From assembly GCF_037042905.1 (NCBI RefSeq), contig NC_087252.1, positions 12,898,001 to 12,962,000 on the forward strand: a stretch of 64,000 nt of DNA, written 5' to 3'. The notes below the pieces were generated by a model, which ran no database searches, was not told the origin of the DNA, and worked only from the letters and a program-made list of their open reading frames with translations. Shown in pieces: positions 1 through 13,052 of the stretch (its first letter is position 1; each line of letters starts with the position of its first letter). A program made the translations under genes and the position numbers. This DNA is from Lytechinus pictus (lineage: Eukaryota).

Positions 1-357
1 AATTTTCTCCCAGTTGTTTATATGTTGTAGCTGAGGTCATATTCTTTCTGCATTTCTCCCTTTATTCTTAATTCATAGAAATAAGTCATCCTGAAAAATT
101 GCAATTTATAAAGGCATGTCATTTTCACTCATTTTGCATGTACTGGATTCTACATTCCTCTATTTAGTGACCCATATCTCCACTATTCCCGGTAGGTTTT
201 CGCTGAGCTTTGAGTATGTTGTAGCTGAGATTCCTAACTATTGTAAATGAGGCCTTAATTTTTCGAACAGATGCCAGAACCATGCCTGTATATTGAGTTT
301 GAGATTGTCGAATTTTCATTACATGTAAAGTCTATGAGAAACACTGTCTATCATTAA

Positions 358-952
358 AGGGGAATCCAGCCTTGGCCATAAATTGTTGTGTTGGGAAGGA
401 GAAAAATAAATTAAACAGAATGGTGAAAGTTTGAAAGAAATCGGACAAGCAATAAGAAAGTTATAGCTGCTTTAACATAGAGATCACTAATACTATGTAG
501 ATTTCAAATTGGCAACTGAGTAAGTAAATTATGACAAGGGGCAAGGACAACTTTCCCATAGGCCATGCACTTTATTATCAGGGATTTGTGGTTTTCTCCT
601 AAGTACCCATTCCCCTGGGGCAGTAATCTAAATATAGCCCAGGTAGTATATTGTTTTATGTCCTCATGAAAGAAAAATACAATTTGAAATTAAAACTTTT
701 GGGGAAAATGAAATTTTAGCCATTATATGTATTGGAGTACATGGAAGAGTAGTCCTTGCCTTACATCACTATGACACCCATATGCGGCCAATTTGAAGTC
801 TCCATGGATACAGTGATTACCAATATTTACAACTTTTAAAAATTCATAACTTTCTTGTTGTTTGTCCAATATTGTTCAAACTTTCACCTATCAACTTGTC
901 TGATTTTTCTTTTCCTTATAAAAACAAGTTTTTATTTGGGTTGGATTCCCCT
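358..952. mobile_element. Kolobok-like non-autonomous element
   Basis: TTAA|AGGGGAATCCAGCC ... GGTTGGATTCCCCT|TTAA. Confidence 0.85.
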
Positions 953-1140
953 TTAAGGCCTCAGACTTGCCTCTCAAGCGCTCATGGTGCATGGGTTCAA
1001 GCCCAAGGTTGATCATGAAGTTTTTGATTTTCATTTCAACATCTCGCACATGATCCTTTATGACCATTACAAGGTATAAGAGTTAAAATATTGCACAAAA
1101 AAGATATTCAAATCCCCTTTTTTCATATAACATATATTAC

Positions 1141-2138
1141 CTATAGGCGCCGCTTTTCCGACGGCGGCGGCGGCGTCAACACCAAATCTTAACCTAAGGT
1201 TAAGTTTTTTAAATGACAGCATAACGTAGAAAGTATATGAACCTAGTTCATGAAACTTGGCCATAATGCTAATCAAGTATTCTGAACATCCTGTTATAGT
1301 TTCAAGTCACATGACCAAGGTCAAAGGTCATTTAGGGTCAATGACTTTAGACCATGTTGGGGGAATCAGCTTCAAAATTTTAATTTAAGGTTAGGTTTTT
1401 GAAATGTCATCATAACTTAGAAAATATATGGACCTAGTTCATGAAGCTTAGACATAAGGTTAATCAAGTATTACTAAACATCCTGCTTGAGTTTCACGTC
1501 ACATGACTAAGGTCAAAGGTTATTTAGGGTAAATGAACTTTGGCCAAGTTGAGGGTATCTGTTGAATTACCATCATAACTTTATAAGTTTATGGATCTGA
1601 TTCATGAAAATTGTACATAAGAGTAATCAAGTATCACTGAACATCATGTGCAAATTTCAGGTCACATGATTAAGGTCAAAGGTCATTTAGGGTCAATGAA
1701 CTTTGGGCAAATTGGGGGTATTTTGTTGAATTGCCAACATAACTTTAAAAATTTATAGATCTGATTCATGAAACTTGAACATAAGAGTAAACAAGTATCA
1801 CTGAATGTCCTGTGCGAATTTCAGGTCACATGACCAAGGTCAAAGGTCATTTGAGGTCATTGAACTTTGGCCATTTTAGAGGTAATTATTAGATTGCTGT
1901 CATAACTTTCAAAGTTTATAGACATAGTGTATACAATGTGGATATAGGGGTAATCAAGTATCACTGACAAGTTTTAGGTCACATGATCAAGGTCAAATGT
2001 CAATGAACGTAGTATTGTATCATTATATGACTGGTGTTTTTTGTGAATAATTATGTTATAGTAGTTTTCAAAGTCAGCACTGATGGTATGTATTAAATCG
2101 CGTGATACAGGTGAGACAGCCAGAGGCATTCCACTTGT
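1141..2138 (+). repeat. Helentron/HINE-like interspersed repeat with ~170-bp tandem 'aaggtcaaaggtca' units
   Basis: Head ggcgccgcttttccgacggcggcggcg, tandem cacatgaccaaggtcaaaggtcatttagggtcaatgaac units, tail caggtgagacagccagaggcattccacttgtt; further copies elsewhere in window. Confidence 0.7.
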
Positions 2139-2582
2139 TCAAGAGTTATCAACACGTTCCTTTCAGAACAAAAGTTCGGTTTTCATCATGATTGATTATC
2201 ATATTGATCGGAATGAACATGGTCATGACAATCAGAGACAGATCACCTAATTCGTCTTTATGATGAATTAAAATTCGAGTTATTTGTATTAGTAATAATA
2301 ATGATATAATTATTATCATTCCTTCGGCAGGAAATTTACCCACATTGTGCGGAACTGAATGAGTACATAGCAAAACTAATTCATTGAATGCACCAAGCGC
2401 AGTGAATCAAAATAAACTTGCCACCTCACAAATCCAAAATTTACGGGAAAAAAAATCAGTCATGAATACATAACCATTATACATGGCCGGAAAGAATTTC
2501 TTCCCCATAATAATTTGATTCCATATTTATGCGGTATGTCTTCACGCTTGGGTAATTGGTAGGTATTCTTTGCAGCGATGGA

Positions 2583-3036
2583 ACTTTTGATTGGCGCCAA
2601 AGTAAGGCATGACTGCAATTAACATGATTAATGAATCCAGGGGGGGGGGTGCTTCATGAAAGTTGTTAGCACTGATTTTATTATCAGTGCTGACTATTTC
2701 AGTGACATCCTTGCTTTGATTGGCTGAGAAGCTCTTGCCTCCGACTGTCACTATGGTAACTGTCAAAGAAAGACATCTTGTCAGTGCAGAGAACTTTCAT
2801 GAAACGGTCACCAGATGTCAAAGATGTCGTAATCCTACATGGGTTGCATTAAAATCCATTGCAAAGGAACTTGAATAATTCACATTAGAATGTGTTTGAT
2901 AAACACATTTTATTACCAATTCTCAAGTTTATTATATTGAATAGGGATTTGCAAAAATGACCATCTCATGTAGGATTATGACATTATGGGTATCTGGACT
3001 CATTCATTGCAGCCATGCCTTGGTTTGGCGCAAAGT
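2583..3036. mobile_element. Palindromic MITE with a nested MITE (~2641-2814)
   Basis: Arms ggcgccaaagtaaggcatgactgcaat / attgcagccatgccttggtttggcgc; inner element ttcatgaaagtt / aactttcatgaa flanked by CCAG. Confidence 0.6.
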
Positions 3037-3267
3037 GAACCTTACATCACAGTAAAACATACATCCAGATTATCCAAGCAGTAATACATAGCATATATAT
3101 ATATAATTATTTGGGAGAACTTTTTCAAGCCACATGATATGCTCGTGACACATTTTTTCCCCTTTAATTGGGGATTTGTGAGGTGTCAATTTCCTTCTCA
3201 CCTGGTATAATACTCCGCCAGTGAATGGGCAACTAGATAATCGGCTCCTCATAATATGCTATACATG

Positions 3268-3272
3268 CAGTA

Positions 3273-3306
<34 letters not shown>

Positions 3307-3469
3307 CAGTAGTAGTAGTAGTAGTGGTGGTAGTAGTAGCAGTAGTAGTAGTAGTAGTAGTAGTAGTAGAAGCAGTAGTAGTAGTAGCAGTAGTAGTAGT
3401 AGTAGTGGTAGTAGTAGTAGCAGTAGTAGTAGTAGCAGTAGTAGTAGTAGTAGCAGTAGTAGTAGCAGC

Positions 3470-3510
<41 letters not shown>
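3268..3510. repeat. (AGT)n microsatellite, imperfect
   Basis: ~80 AGT/AGC/GGT units; source of the spurious poly-S/T/V ORFs. Confidence 0.97.
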
Positions 3511-3511
<1 letters not shown>

Positions 3512-4433
3512 CGCGTTACGTTGCATTAAATATTACGCAGGTACAGAATAAAAAAAACACGATATGCCTCGATCAATTAAGATATACAATAAAACTATTT
3601 CGCTGCATGTGCCTATTCGTTCACGCTGGTATTTTAATTTCTTAATAAATAATGAGCATGATAAATAGAATTGTAAACATTTAGATGAAAATAACAATTA
3701 TATCATATACAATATCAAAAGTAAAGAAGAATGATTCCCATCTGGTATGCCAAATACAAAATCATTAAAAGATAAATTCAGTTCTAAGAATGATTTTTTC
3801 AAAATCATCTAAGAGCCGACGGATAAAGGAACATTCCTAAACTAAATGACAAAAAGTTTTTGTGTGTTCTGAAAAAAAGGAACAAAAATCAGAATGTATG
3901 CCTAAAATATTAACAGTTTTCAAGCACTTGTTAACACCAAGGATATACAGAACATTTTTGTATTGAAAACGTCTGAGCTTTGTAAATACACATCATTTAA
4001 CATGAATTATACAAAGAAACAATTCTGAAAAAAATGTTCTTACATTTTGTAAAATAACAGTTTTGAATATTTTTTAAAAACACATTTTATTAATGAATTT
4101 ACACACTTTCTTTACCTTGTTCATACTATACATTATTTCCTCATGTTAATTCACACCTTTTTTAGGAGCTTTTTCACAAAAATTTTTGCGTACCCACATC
4201 CAGAGCTGCCAAGTATTTGGAAAAAGTCATAAATATTGGGATTTTCATGTCAAATTATGACATTATGCTTTTGACCTTAATTATTACACTTTTCAGGGTG
4301 AATAAGTATGTTAACATTTAATATTATCCTACATTGGACACTGGTGAACTCATCTGAAGGTGGCAGATAATGCTCATTTTTATTCGCATGATCGTGTATC
4401 TTCACTTTGAATGCTATCACCTGTTTAAATGAA

Positions 4434-5150
4434 GAGCTCACTTGCAAAAGGGGTAAGGTCAATTTTTCGTCATTTTTTTTTTTTGGGGGGGGGGTCTCAA
4501 TGTATATAATTTTAGTAGCTCTATAAGATGATACCAAAAAAAGTTGAAATACCCATCAAAAATGGCAAAGAAAATCCACTTTTTTCAAAAGGGGTTAGGT
4601 CCATTTCAGGTTGGTTGCAAAAGGGGTTAGGTCCACAAAGGATTTTTTGAAAAGAATATTTAAAACATAGGAAGATAGGAAGTTTTCTTTTATACCGAAT
4701 AAAATATTCGATAGTAGGGTATTATGAACATTTAGTATCGCATAAGAATATTAGGAGAATTAAAACAAATATATTTTCTTTCATAAATTTTATTGTTTTC
4801 TGTCTCAAAACCTATAGAGTTCTAGTCATTCTGATGTTACCAAAGACAATTCGAAATTCATATTAAAATAATAAAAGTGGCAAAAAATACTTTTTTATTC
4901 AAAAGAGATTGGATTAATTTCAGTTTGTTTGCAAAAAGGGTTACGTCCACAATGATATTTTTCTATATATATATATATAGAAAAAATGAAGACAGATTTC
5001 TTGTATAATTTTATCTTCACATGACAGGGTAGTATATGTACATCATGGCAATTTAGTTTCTCAATATAATATTGCAATACGAGAAAATAAAAAACATTAT
5101 TTTTCTGGGAATGGTCCAAAGTGGACCTCAACCCTTTTGCAACCAAACTC
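4434..5150. mobile_element. Possible Sola-like MITE
   Basis: GAG...TTGCAAAAGGGG and CCCTTTTGCAACCAAACTC inverted ends with internal repeats; TSD not resolved. Confidence 0.45.
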
Positions 5151-5541
5151 TTTATTTTACTAACTCAATCTTGTGGCTATTTTCCTCTTAGATTTGTCAT
5201 GGATTTACGCAAAAGAGAGAGTAGTCTACCAGAGATGATTCTGAATCTGAGCCGAAGAGGATTAATTTCTTTTTAAAAATCTGTTCTTTATAGTATCTAT
5301 TCAATGAATGTTATAATACCGCGTGGCACATATTAAATTACGACTTTTATGTCAAAATTATTACTTTTGAGCTTCTGAATTATTACTTTTTACTTTTAAA
5401 GGTTGACAACTCTGCACATCTTGGTTAACGGCTAATTTTGAATGATGTTTTCCATGGCGATACTTTTTGAATAACTGTTATAATTTGTCAATAAATGTAG
5501 ACTTATCTGAAGTTGTCTGAAACTATTCTTGAAAAGTGCCC

Positions 5542-5732
5542 TGTTACGTGGCCAGGACCAACTCTACATCTCGGTACACAAGAACCTAAACTTCTCCAAC
5601 TCCTAAGTCACCCCAAACTCTCACAATCGATGACACATCTTTAAAAGACAGAGAAGCCGTGTTTGTGTATTTGATCTCTAGCCGCGAACTCTTTATTACT
5701 CCTAGTCTACATCCAGACTTGGGTGCGTCACA
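5542..5732 (-). repeat. 3' LTR
   Basis: Direct repeat of 11545-11735. Confidence 0.95.
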
Positions 5733-5745
5733 CCCCCACCCCTTT
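5733..5745 (-). other. Polypurine tract
   Basis: AAAGGGGTGGGGG directly abutting the 3' LTR on the minus strand. Confidence 0.85.
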
Positions 5746-6605
5746 AAGAACGAAAGTTATTACAGAACTTTCGTGACAAAATAATACATAATCAATAATA
5801 AGTGTGGTTATTGAGGAATAAAAGTTCCAGACTTATGAAAATTTTTATTCTAAAACCTTTTGTGTGCGCATTTGTTAAACTCTTTCCAATATCAATATCT
5901 TGGTTTAAAATACACTCAATAATTTGTTTAATTAGAACATTACTTTTAAAAAAGTGAGTATCCAAATAATCAAATACATAAAGTATATACTCACTGAGTG
6001 ATTGAGTAAAATAAGGGTTTTGTTTTGAATTTGAGTATCCTCAAAAAACACCGACAACGACAAGTGAAAACATTGTATGAAAAATGCAATACAGTTGTAC
6101 ATCATCCTCATTCATTTTTGTCACACAATTTTTTTTTATCACTAATTTAAACACAACCAATTTAAGATTGGTTAAGCTGAAAAGTATATACTTTGTGAAG
6201 AAAATATCAGCAAAAATCAATGCCATGAAAACGCAACCCCAATTACTTATTTTGGGTACAATTTCTTTGTGTTTTGTTTAATTTTTGCACCCATAAAACT
6301 TACAAGCCCCCAGCGACAAAGACTGAGCATAAATGTACATGTATATCTTGATACAAAATAACAAACAGTTTGCAAAAATAAGATCAATGATGGAAGTTAA
6401 AAGTTCACTTTGGGTTCATTTTGATGAGGTATCAGTTCACACTTCAGTTAGTGTTCAGTTTTTGTTTGTTCAACTTCCAGTTTTCAACATCAGTTCGAAT
6501 TGAAGTATATCTGTCAAAGTTCCGATTCATCATTATCAATATCAAGATCCAGTAAATCCGTTGGATTCAAATTCCACATTACTCAGTCTAGGTTCAAATA
6601 CAATA

Positions 6606-9600
6606 TTACTCGGCAAATCCACGAGACAAGGTATCTGCGATCACATTGTCCTTTCCGGGTATGTTCTCTATGGTAAGATTGTATTCCTGAAGCATCAAGG
6701 ACCACCTCATCAGCCTAGCGTTCTTGTTCTTCATTCTGTTGAGGAAGGTCAAGGGATTGTGGTCTGTTCTGACCACCAATTGATTGTTCGATGTGTAGAC
6801 ATCAAAGTGTTAAATGCCAAGAATCAGTGCGAGAGTCTCCTTCTCAATAGTGCTATACTTAGCTTGATGGTTATTTAATTTTTTTGACATGTAGCGCACT
6901 GGTCGCTCTATCCCATCACCATCTTTTTGAAGAAGAACCCCTCCGACTCCAAGACCACTAGCATCAACTTCCAGCACGAACTTCTTGCTGAAGTTGCCTT
7001 CAGGCGTTCAAAAGCGATCTGGCATGACGGTGTCCAAGTATATGGCACATCTTTCTTCAGTAGGTTCGTCAGAGGTGCAGAAACAGAAGCAAAGTTCTTG
7101 CAGAATTTCCGATAGAATCCGGACATCCCCAGAAAGTGACGTAGGGCTCGCTTATCCTCTGGAACCGGGAAGTCCACAATGGCTCCTACCTTTGCACTGA
7201 TTGGACGTACTGTCTCAAAGACCAACCACATGGCCAAGAAACGATACCTGTGCAGGCGCAAAGTCCGACTTCTTCAGATTCACAGTCAGGTTTGCCTTGG
7301 AGAGACGATCGAAGAGAGACTTCAGGCGATGCAGATGCTCTTCCCAGATGTTGCTATATACCACAATATCATCTAGGTATGCCTGACATCCTTCGAGACC
7401 AGCGATCACTGCATTCATCAACCGTTGGAAAGTTGCAGGGCTGTTCTTTATTCCGAACGGCATGACTTTGTATTGGTAGATACCATCTGGTGTAACGAAT
7501 GCAGACAGCTCTTGTGCCCATGGTGACAGGGGCACTTGCCAGTATCCTTTTAAGAGATCTAGCTTCGACACAAACTTGGCACTCCCTATCTTGTCAATCA
7601 GGTCGTCAGTGCGAGGTATGGGGTACGAGTCTGATTTGGACTTGGAATTCAACAACCTATAGTCCGTACAGAACCTTTAACTACCATCCTTCTTTGATAC
7701 TAAGACACAATGAGAACTCCACTGACTATTACTTGGCTCAATAATGTCATTGACAATCATGTAGTTAACTTCCTTCCTGAGAATTTCCAACTTTGACGGA
7801 TTCAATCTATACAGATGTTGCTTAATTGGGGTACACTCCCTGATATCAACATCATGTTCTATTAGAGTGGTTCTACTGGGAACATCACCAAACAAGTGAC
7901 TATATTCCGAAATCAACTCCTGCAAAGACTCTCTCTCACTCACTCGAAGATAATTCAACCTTTCACCACGATTCTCCACAACTTCCGAGTTCTCAAGCTT
8001 AACTTCAGGCAAGGAAAGACCAACTTCCTTTTGTCCCTCAACGTCAACATCATCACTCCTACCACAAGCAACACTAACACTCGCAACCGACTTCGCTACG
8101 CAATCCTCATTGCTCTCTACATACTCTTTTAACATGTTAATGTGACAAAGACGTTTCTGTTTTCTCTTATCCGGAGTGCGAATTACATAGTTCACCTCAC
8201 TCACTTTCATCTCCACAACGTATGGACCAGAGTTTCGAGCCTGCAAGCAATTACCTGGAATTGGCAACAGCACTAACACCTTAGAACCAGGATCAAAGCT
8301 TCTCTCCCTAGCTTAGCGATCAAACACTTTCTTCATGTCTGCCTGAGCAATCTTCATGTGCTGCATGGCAAGTTCTCTTGAATAAGACAACCTTTCTCGG
8401 AACCGAGATACATAATCCAGTAATCCACACTTCTCATCCCATTCAAGCATCTTTTCTTTCAACACCAATAAAGGCCCACGAACAGTATGGCCAAATACCA
8501 AGTCAATTGGACTCAATCCTAATGAGTCTTGTACAGACTCCCGAACTGCAAACAAAAGTAAGGGTAGTCCCTCGTCCCACTCTTTCTCAAACTGAAAACA
8601 ATAAGTTCTCATCATGTTCTTCAAGGTTTGATGAAACCTTTCCAATGCCCTTTGGCTCTCAGGATGATAGGCACTCGAATTCACACATCGAATTCCCAAC
8701 TGCGACATCACCTGTCCGAACAACTTGGAAGTGAAATCAGAGACTTGATCACTCTTAATAATCCTTGGTAATCCTACCAAGTGCTTTGCAAACATTCTGA
8801 GCCGTTATTCTACGAAGTGGCACTGCCTCGGGAAATCTGGTTGCTGCACACATCATAGTCAAGAGATACTCATGTCCAGCCTTAGTCTTGGGCAGTGAGT
8901 CAACCCAATCAACAATTATTGTTGAAAATGGTTCATCAAATGCAGGGATGGGCCGTAATGGTGCCGACGGGATCTTCTGGTTGGGTTTTCCAACAACTTG
9001 GCACGCATGACATGCCCTACAAAACTCACTAACATCACTCCGCAGCCCTGGCCAAAATAAATGTTTCAGAATTATGTTAACAGTCTTATTGACACCACGG
9101 TGTCCACCAAGACCAGTTTCATGTGAAACTTTCAAAATCTGCCTACGAAAGACCTTAGGCACCACAACCTGATGGATAACCCTCCAATCTTCATCAAAAC
9201 TTGCATATGGAGGTCTCCATCTCCTCATGAGAATATCATCCTTCATGTAAAAGCATGTGCTTTCATTTACAGCTTCCTCCTCAGACAGAGCGCTATTGAT
9301 ACTTCCAACCAACTCAGGATCTTTGCCTTGAGCATCGATCAAAGACAACATATTAAGTCCTACATCAGTTTTACCATCCTGATAAACTCCACCACCATCT
9401 TCAGCAGATTTGCTATCATCTACCTTACAGAACACACTGTTATCATCCAGATGACCAAGAAAACTATCTCCCAAATCAACAGTATCCGGACTAGTCTCTT
9501 TCAAAGCCTGCTCTGAATTTTTCCTTTCCTGTTTTGCCTTAGTAGCCATAGACCTAGTCAATACACTGGAGGAAAACACGTCTGGCATCTCTTTTACCAA

Positions 9601-9900
9601 ACTTTCAGTTTACTCATCAGTCACAGGAACTGGGTACCTAACAGCAACGATACTCCTTCTGCCGGTAAGGCAGGAGAAACTCCAACAACCACCTGACCTG
9701 ACACAATGTCAGGCTACAAATTCACGACATGTAAAGGCACCTGAATTACACCACCTATACCTTTTACAAACACATCTGAATGAACAGCCGAGTCCTCAGA
9801 AAAAGGCAAAACATTAGCTAAGAGAAGAGTCTGGTTGGCCCCAGTATCCCGTAGAATACGCACAGGAACCTCCTCACTTACAAACTTACAAAACCTACAG
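6606..9900 (-). pseudogene. pol: pol polyprotein (protease-integrase-RT-RNase H), several frameshifts and stops
   Basis: PR ILRDTGANQTL (~9823-9866); IN HHCC and core SDQ...SSAYHPESQRALERFHQTLK (8313-9300); RT LDLLKGYWQ, MPFG, YLDD (7215-7655); RH ending IPGKDNVIADTLSRGFAE* at 6606. Confidence 0.92.
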
Positions 9901-10014
9901 TCACAAACGGTTTGTACCCTACAGACACTGCACTATTCTCCCTTTTGACACTAGCTAATGCATTAGGAACTACTTTCCTCTCACCAAAACCCTCCCTCTC
10001 TTTTTCTTCAGCTT

Positions 10015-11103
10015 ACTACACTCAGACATTATATGTCCTTCTTGCTTCCAGTAATAACAAGGACACCAGGAACAGGTTTTTGCCTATTACCACTCTTGAC
10101 ATTATTGTTTCTACCTTGACTCTCATCCTTCCATTAAGAATCTTTCTTACCAATAAACTGATTAACCTTCCCTTGAGGTTTACTCCTCTCAACTACCTTA
10201 TGTGTTAAGACGTATTCATCCAAGAGTACTGCTGCCCTCTGAACGTTCACCACCTCATGCTCCTCTAAGTAATGCCTTAATTCATGTGAAACCGAACATT
10301 TCAACTCCTCACTCAACATAAGCTCCTTCAAACTCCCAAAGCTATTAACACCAGTTGAGGACAACCATCGTTCAAAATGAACAAACTTCTTACAAACCAG
10401 GTCCACATAAGTGTCGCATTCGCCCTTTTTAGCATTGCGAAATGCTTGCCGATGTGCCTCAGGCACTAATTCATAAGCCCTCAAGACAGAAGACTTAAGT
10501 TGCTCGTAGCAACCCCCCCCCCCCCCCCCCCCTCTTCCACAGATAATGAGGCATAAACCTCCTGGGCCCTACCGATGAGCACACTCTGTACCAAAGTTGG
10601 CCAGACAGATCTCTCCCAGCCTAAATTGACAGATACCTTCTCAAAATGCTGAAAGAACTCTTCTACCTTACTCTCATCAAACTTAGGAACCAATCTAACA
10701 TACTTGCAAGCGTCAAACTTGCCAGAGGAACCTCCACTCCTCACATCCAATTCCTTAGATTTCAAATCTAGGCTCTTCGTCTGTAGCTCAACCTCTTTTG
10801 TACGAAGTTCAAGCTCCTTCAATTTCAACTGTACTTCCAGAGCTTTTAGATTTAACTCAGAATCACTAGATCCATCAGAGGACGCAGAATCATCCCCCTC
10901 CTCCTCAGAATCAACATGCGCTGACCAAATGTCCGTTTGGACCAAAAACTGACGAATGCAGTCCTTAACCTCATCCTTTCTAAATGAAGGACGAACCAAA
11001 ATGTCTAAAAGACGAGCAGCTTCCACTAACTCAGCCTTTGTCAACTACCCCAACAGCTCTGGTGTGGGACCGTCAACAAAACGTTGCAGTCTATCCTCAG
11101 CCA
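10015..11103 (-). pseudogene. gag: gag (capsid-like region plus degenerate CCHC knuckle), frameshifted
   Basis: ORFs 10481-11044 (VPKFDESKVEEFFQHFEKV...GRAQEVYASLS) and 10134-10484 (RAYELVPEAHRQAFR); knuckle CYYWKQEGHIMSEC near 10020-10060; break at a C20 run at 10513-10532. Confidence 0.85.
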
Positions 11104-11523
11104 TTGAGATAAAACTATGCCCAGACAACAAAACCAAACAACCAGTCTATAATATATACCAAACTCCACTAATGAGACAAAACCAGCACGACAGCTAGTA
11201 AACGAGACAGACTGATCCAAAACATGCAGTGAGCAAGCACAAAAATGCAAAGGAAACCTAGCAGCAAATTAAGATACCAGAAATCCACTGCGCGTTGAAC
11301 GAATGCTAAATCCGAGAAAAATTGAGCTTGACCCGTCGCCTACACGAGCCCAACGAAACGCTCCACACACAAAACGTACATACACACACATGCACAGAAC
11401 ATGCACATAACTACACGCAGCGCTAGCGTTCGCGCATTATACTACATGTACTGTACGTAATAACTGGTATACGGAATTACGAAAACGAACTACCTCGACA
11501 AGAAAACTGGCTTGTTTTCCGAC

Positions 11524-11540
11524 TCCTGGACAAGGACCCA
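11524..11540 (-). other. Primer-binding site, degenerate tRNA-Pro type
   Basis: TGGGTCCTTGTCCAGGA 4 nt inside the 5' LTR; 13/17 match to TGGGGGCTCGTCCGGGA (complement of tRNA-Pro 3' end). Confidence 0.6.
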
Positions 11541-11544
11541 AATA

Positions 11545-11735
11545 TGTTACGTGGCTAGGACCAACTCTACATCTCGGTACACAAGAACCTAAACTTCTCC
11601 AACTCCTAAATCACCCCAAACTCTCACAATCGATGACACATCTTTTAAAGACAGGGAAGCCGTGTTTGTGTATTTGATCTCTAGCCGCGAACTCTTTATT
11701 ACTCCTAGTCTACATCCAGACTTGGGTGCGTCACA
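11545..11735 (-). repeat. 5' LTR
   Basis: TGTTACGTGG...GCGTCACA on + strand; 4 substitutions versus the other LTR, counted by eye. Confidence 0.95.
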
Positions 11736-12159
11736 TGCCCTCACTTTATACCTCTCTTTAGAGTCTGGAATATATTATTATGTTTTAGGGTTGTTTTCTT
11801 TGATGAAATTACTGTAAAAAAAAAAACAGTTGTTATACTGCATCAATTTCACTTATTTTCAATCCACACGGTCACCTTAGATGATATTTTGGCTGCCATT
11901 TTGAAAAAAAAATCACGGAGTAAAGTTCAAAATATATTGCATTTACCTCATATTTCCTTCTTCAGCATGAAAAACCTGTCAAGAAGTATTTTGCATGTTA
12001 GAATTGATTTTACTGATAATATTGTAGTATTAAGTACCTTGCCATTAAATTTGTTTCTTGTGAAATATTTTTCAGCTATATATAACTTTCTACCCCCACA
12101 CTGGAGGTCATTGTGACCTTTGAAAAAACGATGTCAAATGACTCAACTTGCCCCATCTG

Positions 12160-12790
12160 TGGGGTAAGTTGTGCCCCCTTCTGGGGTAAGATAAGCCACA
12201 AAAACTATGTGCAAAATGTATGCAGGAAGAACCGGAATGTCAATTTTTAACCAAAGTCTTTTCACTTGCTAATTCTCTATAAATACTAACATTATCTAAA
12301 AGTAAAAAACTGTCATGTGCATTTTCTACGTTCTGCCTGCATATCAATGGTTTTTAAAGTTCTTTTTTGTGTTTTCATTATACATTACCATAAAAATTAC
12401 CATGGCTCAACTTGCCCCATGTTGGCTGGAACAAATTACCCCAGTCCGAACTGAATGCGATATTTTCACATCAACACATTTCTTATGCATCCATCATGTA
12501 AAAGACTATGACAAGAATGAGAATCTATACCTGGACTAACAATATTGTTCCTATTTGTTTATTATATTTAAAGACGTGTGTGGGTAAAAAGCACTGATCT
12601 ATTTCATAGCTTTTTTACTTTTTTGGACTGAAATTTTAATTTTTCCCTCTAAAAAAGTACTTTTTGTTTCAAAGTTGAAAACAATGTGGTGGGGTTAAAG
12701 GTTATGTAATGGGACATCAAAACATGTCACCACCACAATGTCTGACTCATTCACTATTGGCCTGGGGGTGGTGGCTCAACTTGCCCCTAC
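12160..12790. mobile_element. MITE just upstream of exon A
   Basis: GGGGTAAGTTGTGCC ... GGCTCAACTTGCCCC inverted ends with internal copies of the motif. Confidence 0.6.
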
Positions 12791-12922
12791 CTTTTGAAAT
12801 AATATGATGATAATTCTTGTGCTGCATTCTTACCATTTTTTACCCATTTGGTCAGGTGTCACCTCGCTCAAAGATATCGTTTTGTAAGACAACTCGCTTC
12901 ACAATATTTTATGTTAATGTAG

Positions 12923-13052
12923 GCCCGCTTACAGATCACATTAAGAAAGCGATAGAAAACGGAGAGGCCCTTTGTAACAGATCACGGATAATGGTCATTG
13001 GTCCGGCTGGTGTTGGCAAGACGAGCTTTATCCGTCGACTGACAGGACAGAG
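12923..13052 (+). CDS. Roco/Roc-domain GTPase-like gene, coding exon A (P-loop); upstream exons not identified
   Basis: tgtag| acceptor, ag|gtatgt donor; 130 nt, phase 1->2; encodes PLTDHIKKAIENGEALCNRSRIMVIGPAGVGKTSFIRRLTGQ with Walker A GxxGxGKTS in Roc-like context. Confidence 0.85.

Larger units (their letters stand above)
5542..11735 (-). mobile_element. Gmr1-like Ty3/Gypsy LTR retrotransposon, full length but mutated
   Basis: Two 191-bp TG...CA LTRs, 5-bp TSD TGCCC (5537-5541, 11736-11740), PBS and PPT, gag-PR-IN-RT-RH on minus strand. Confidence 0.95.

Noticed and set aside
965..1025. tRNA B-box-like GGTTCAAGCCC
   Set aside because: No cloverleaf could be folded; at most a decayed SINE fragment.
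2576..2601. Possible upstream exon (tttgcag|...caaa|gtaagg) phase-compatible with exon A
   Set aside because: It overlaps the arm of a palindromic MITE (2583-3036), so it is probably fortuitous.
3221..3551. Poly-Ser, poly-Thr and poly-Val ORFs
   Set aside because: Translations of the (AGT)n microsatellite in different frames.
5746..6605. env-like third ORF in the retrotransposon
   Set aside because: Only short AT-rich ORFs without recognisable features; treated as 3' untranslated region.
6561..10952. Plus-strand ORFs overlapping the LTR element
   Set aside because: Antisense shadows of gag-pol.
12817..12922. N-terminal part of the 82-aa ORF as coding
   Set aside because: Lies upstream of the AG acceptor at 12921-12922; read-through into intron.
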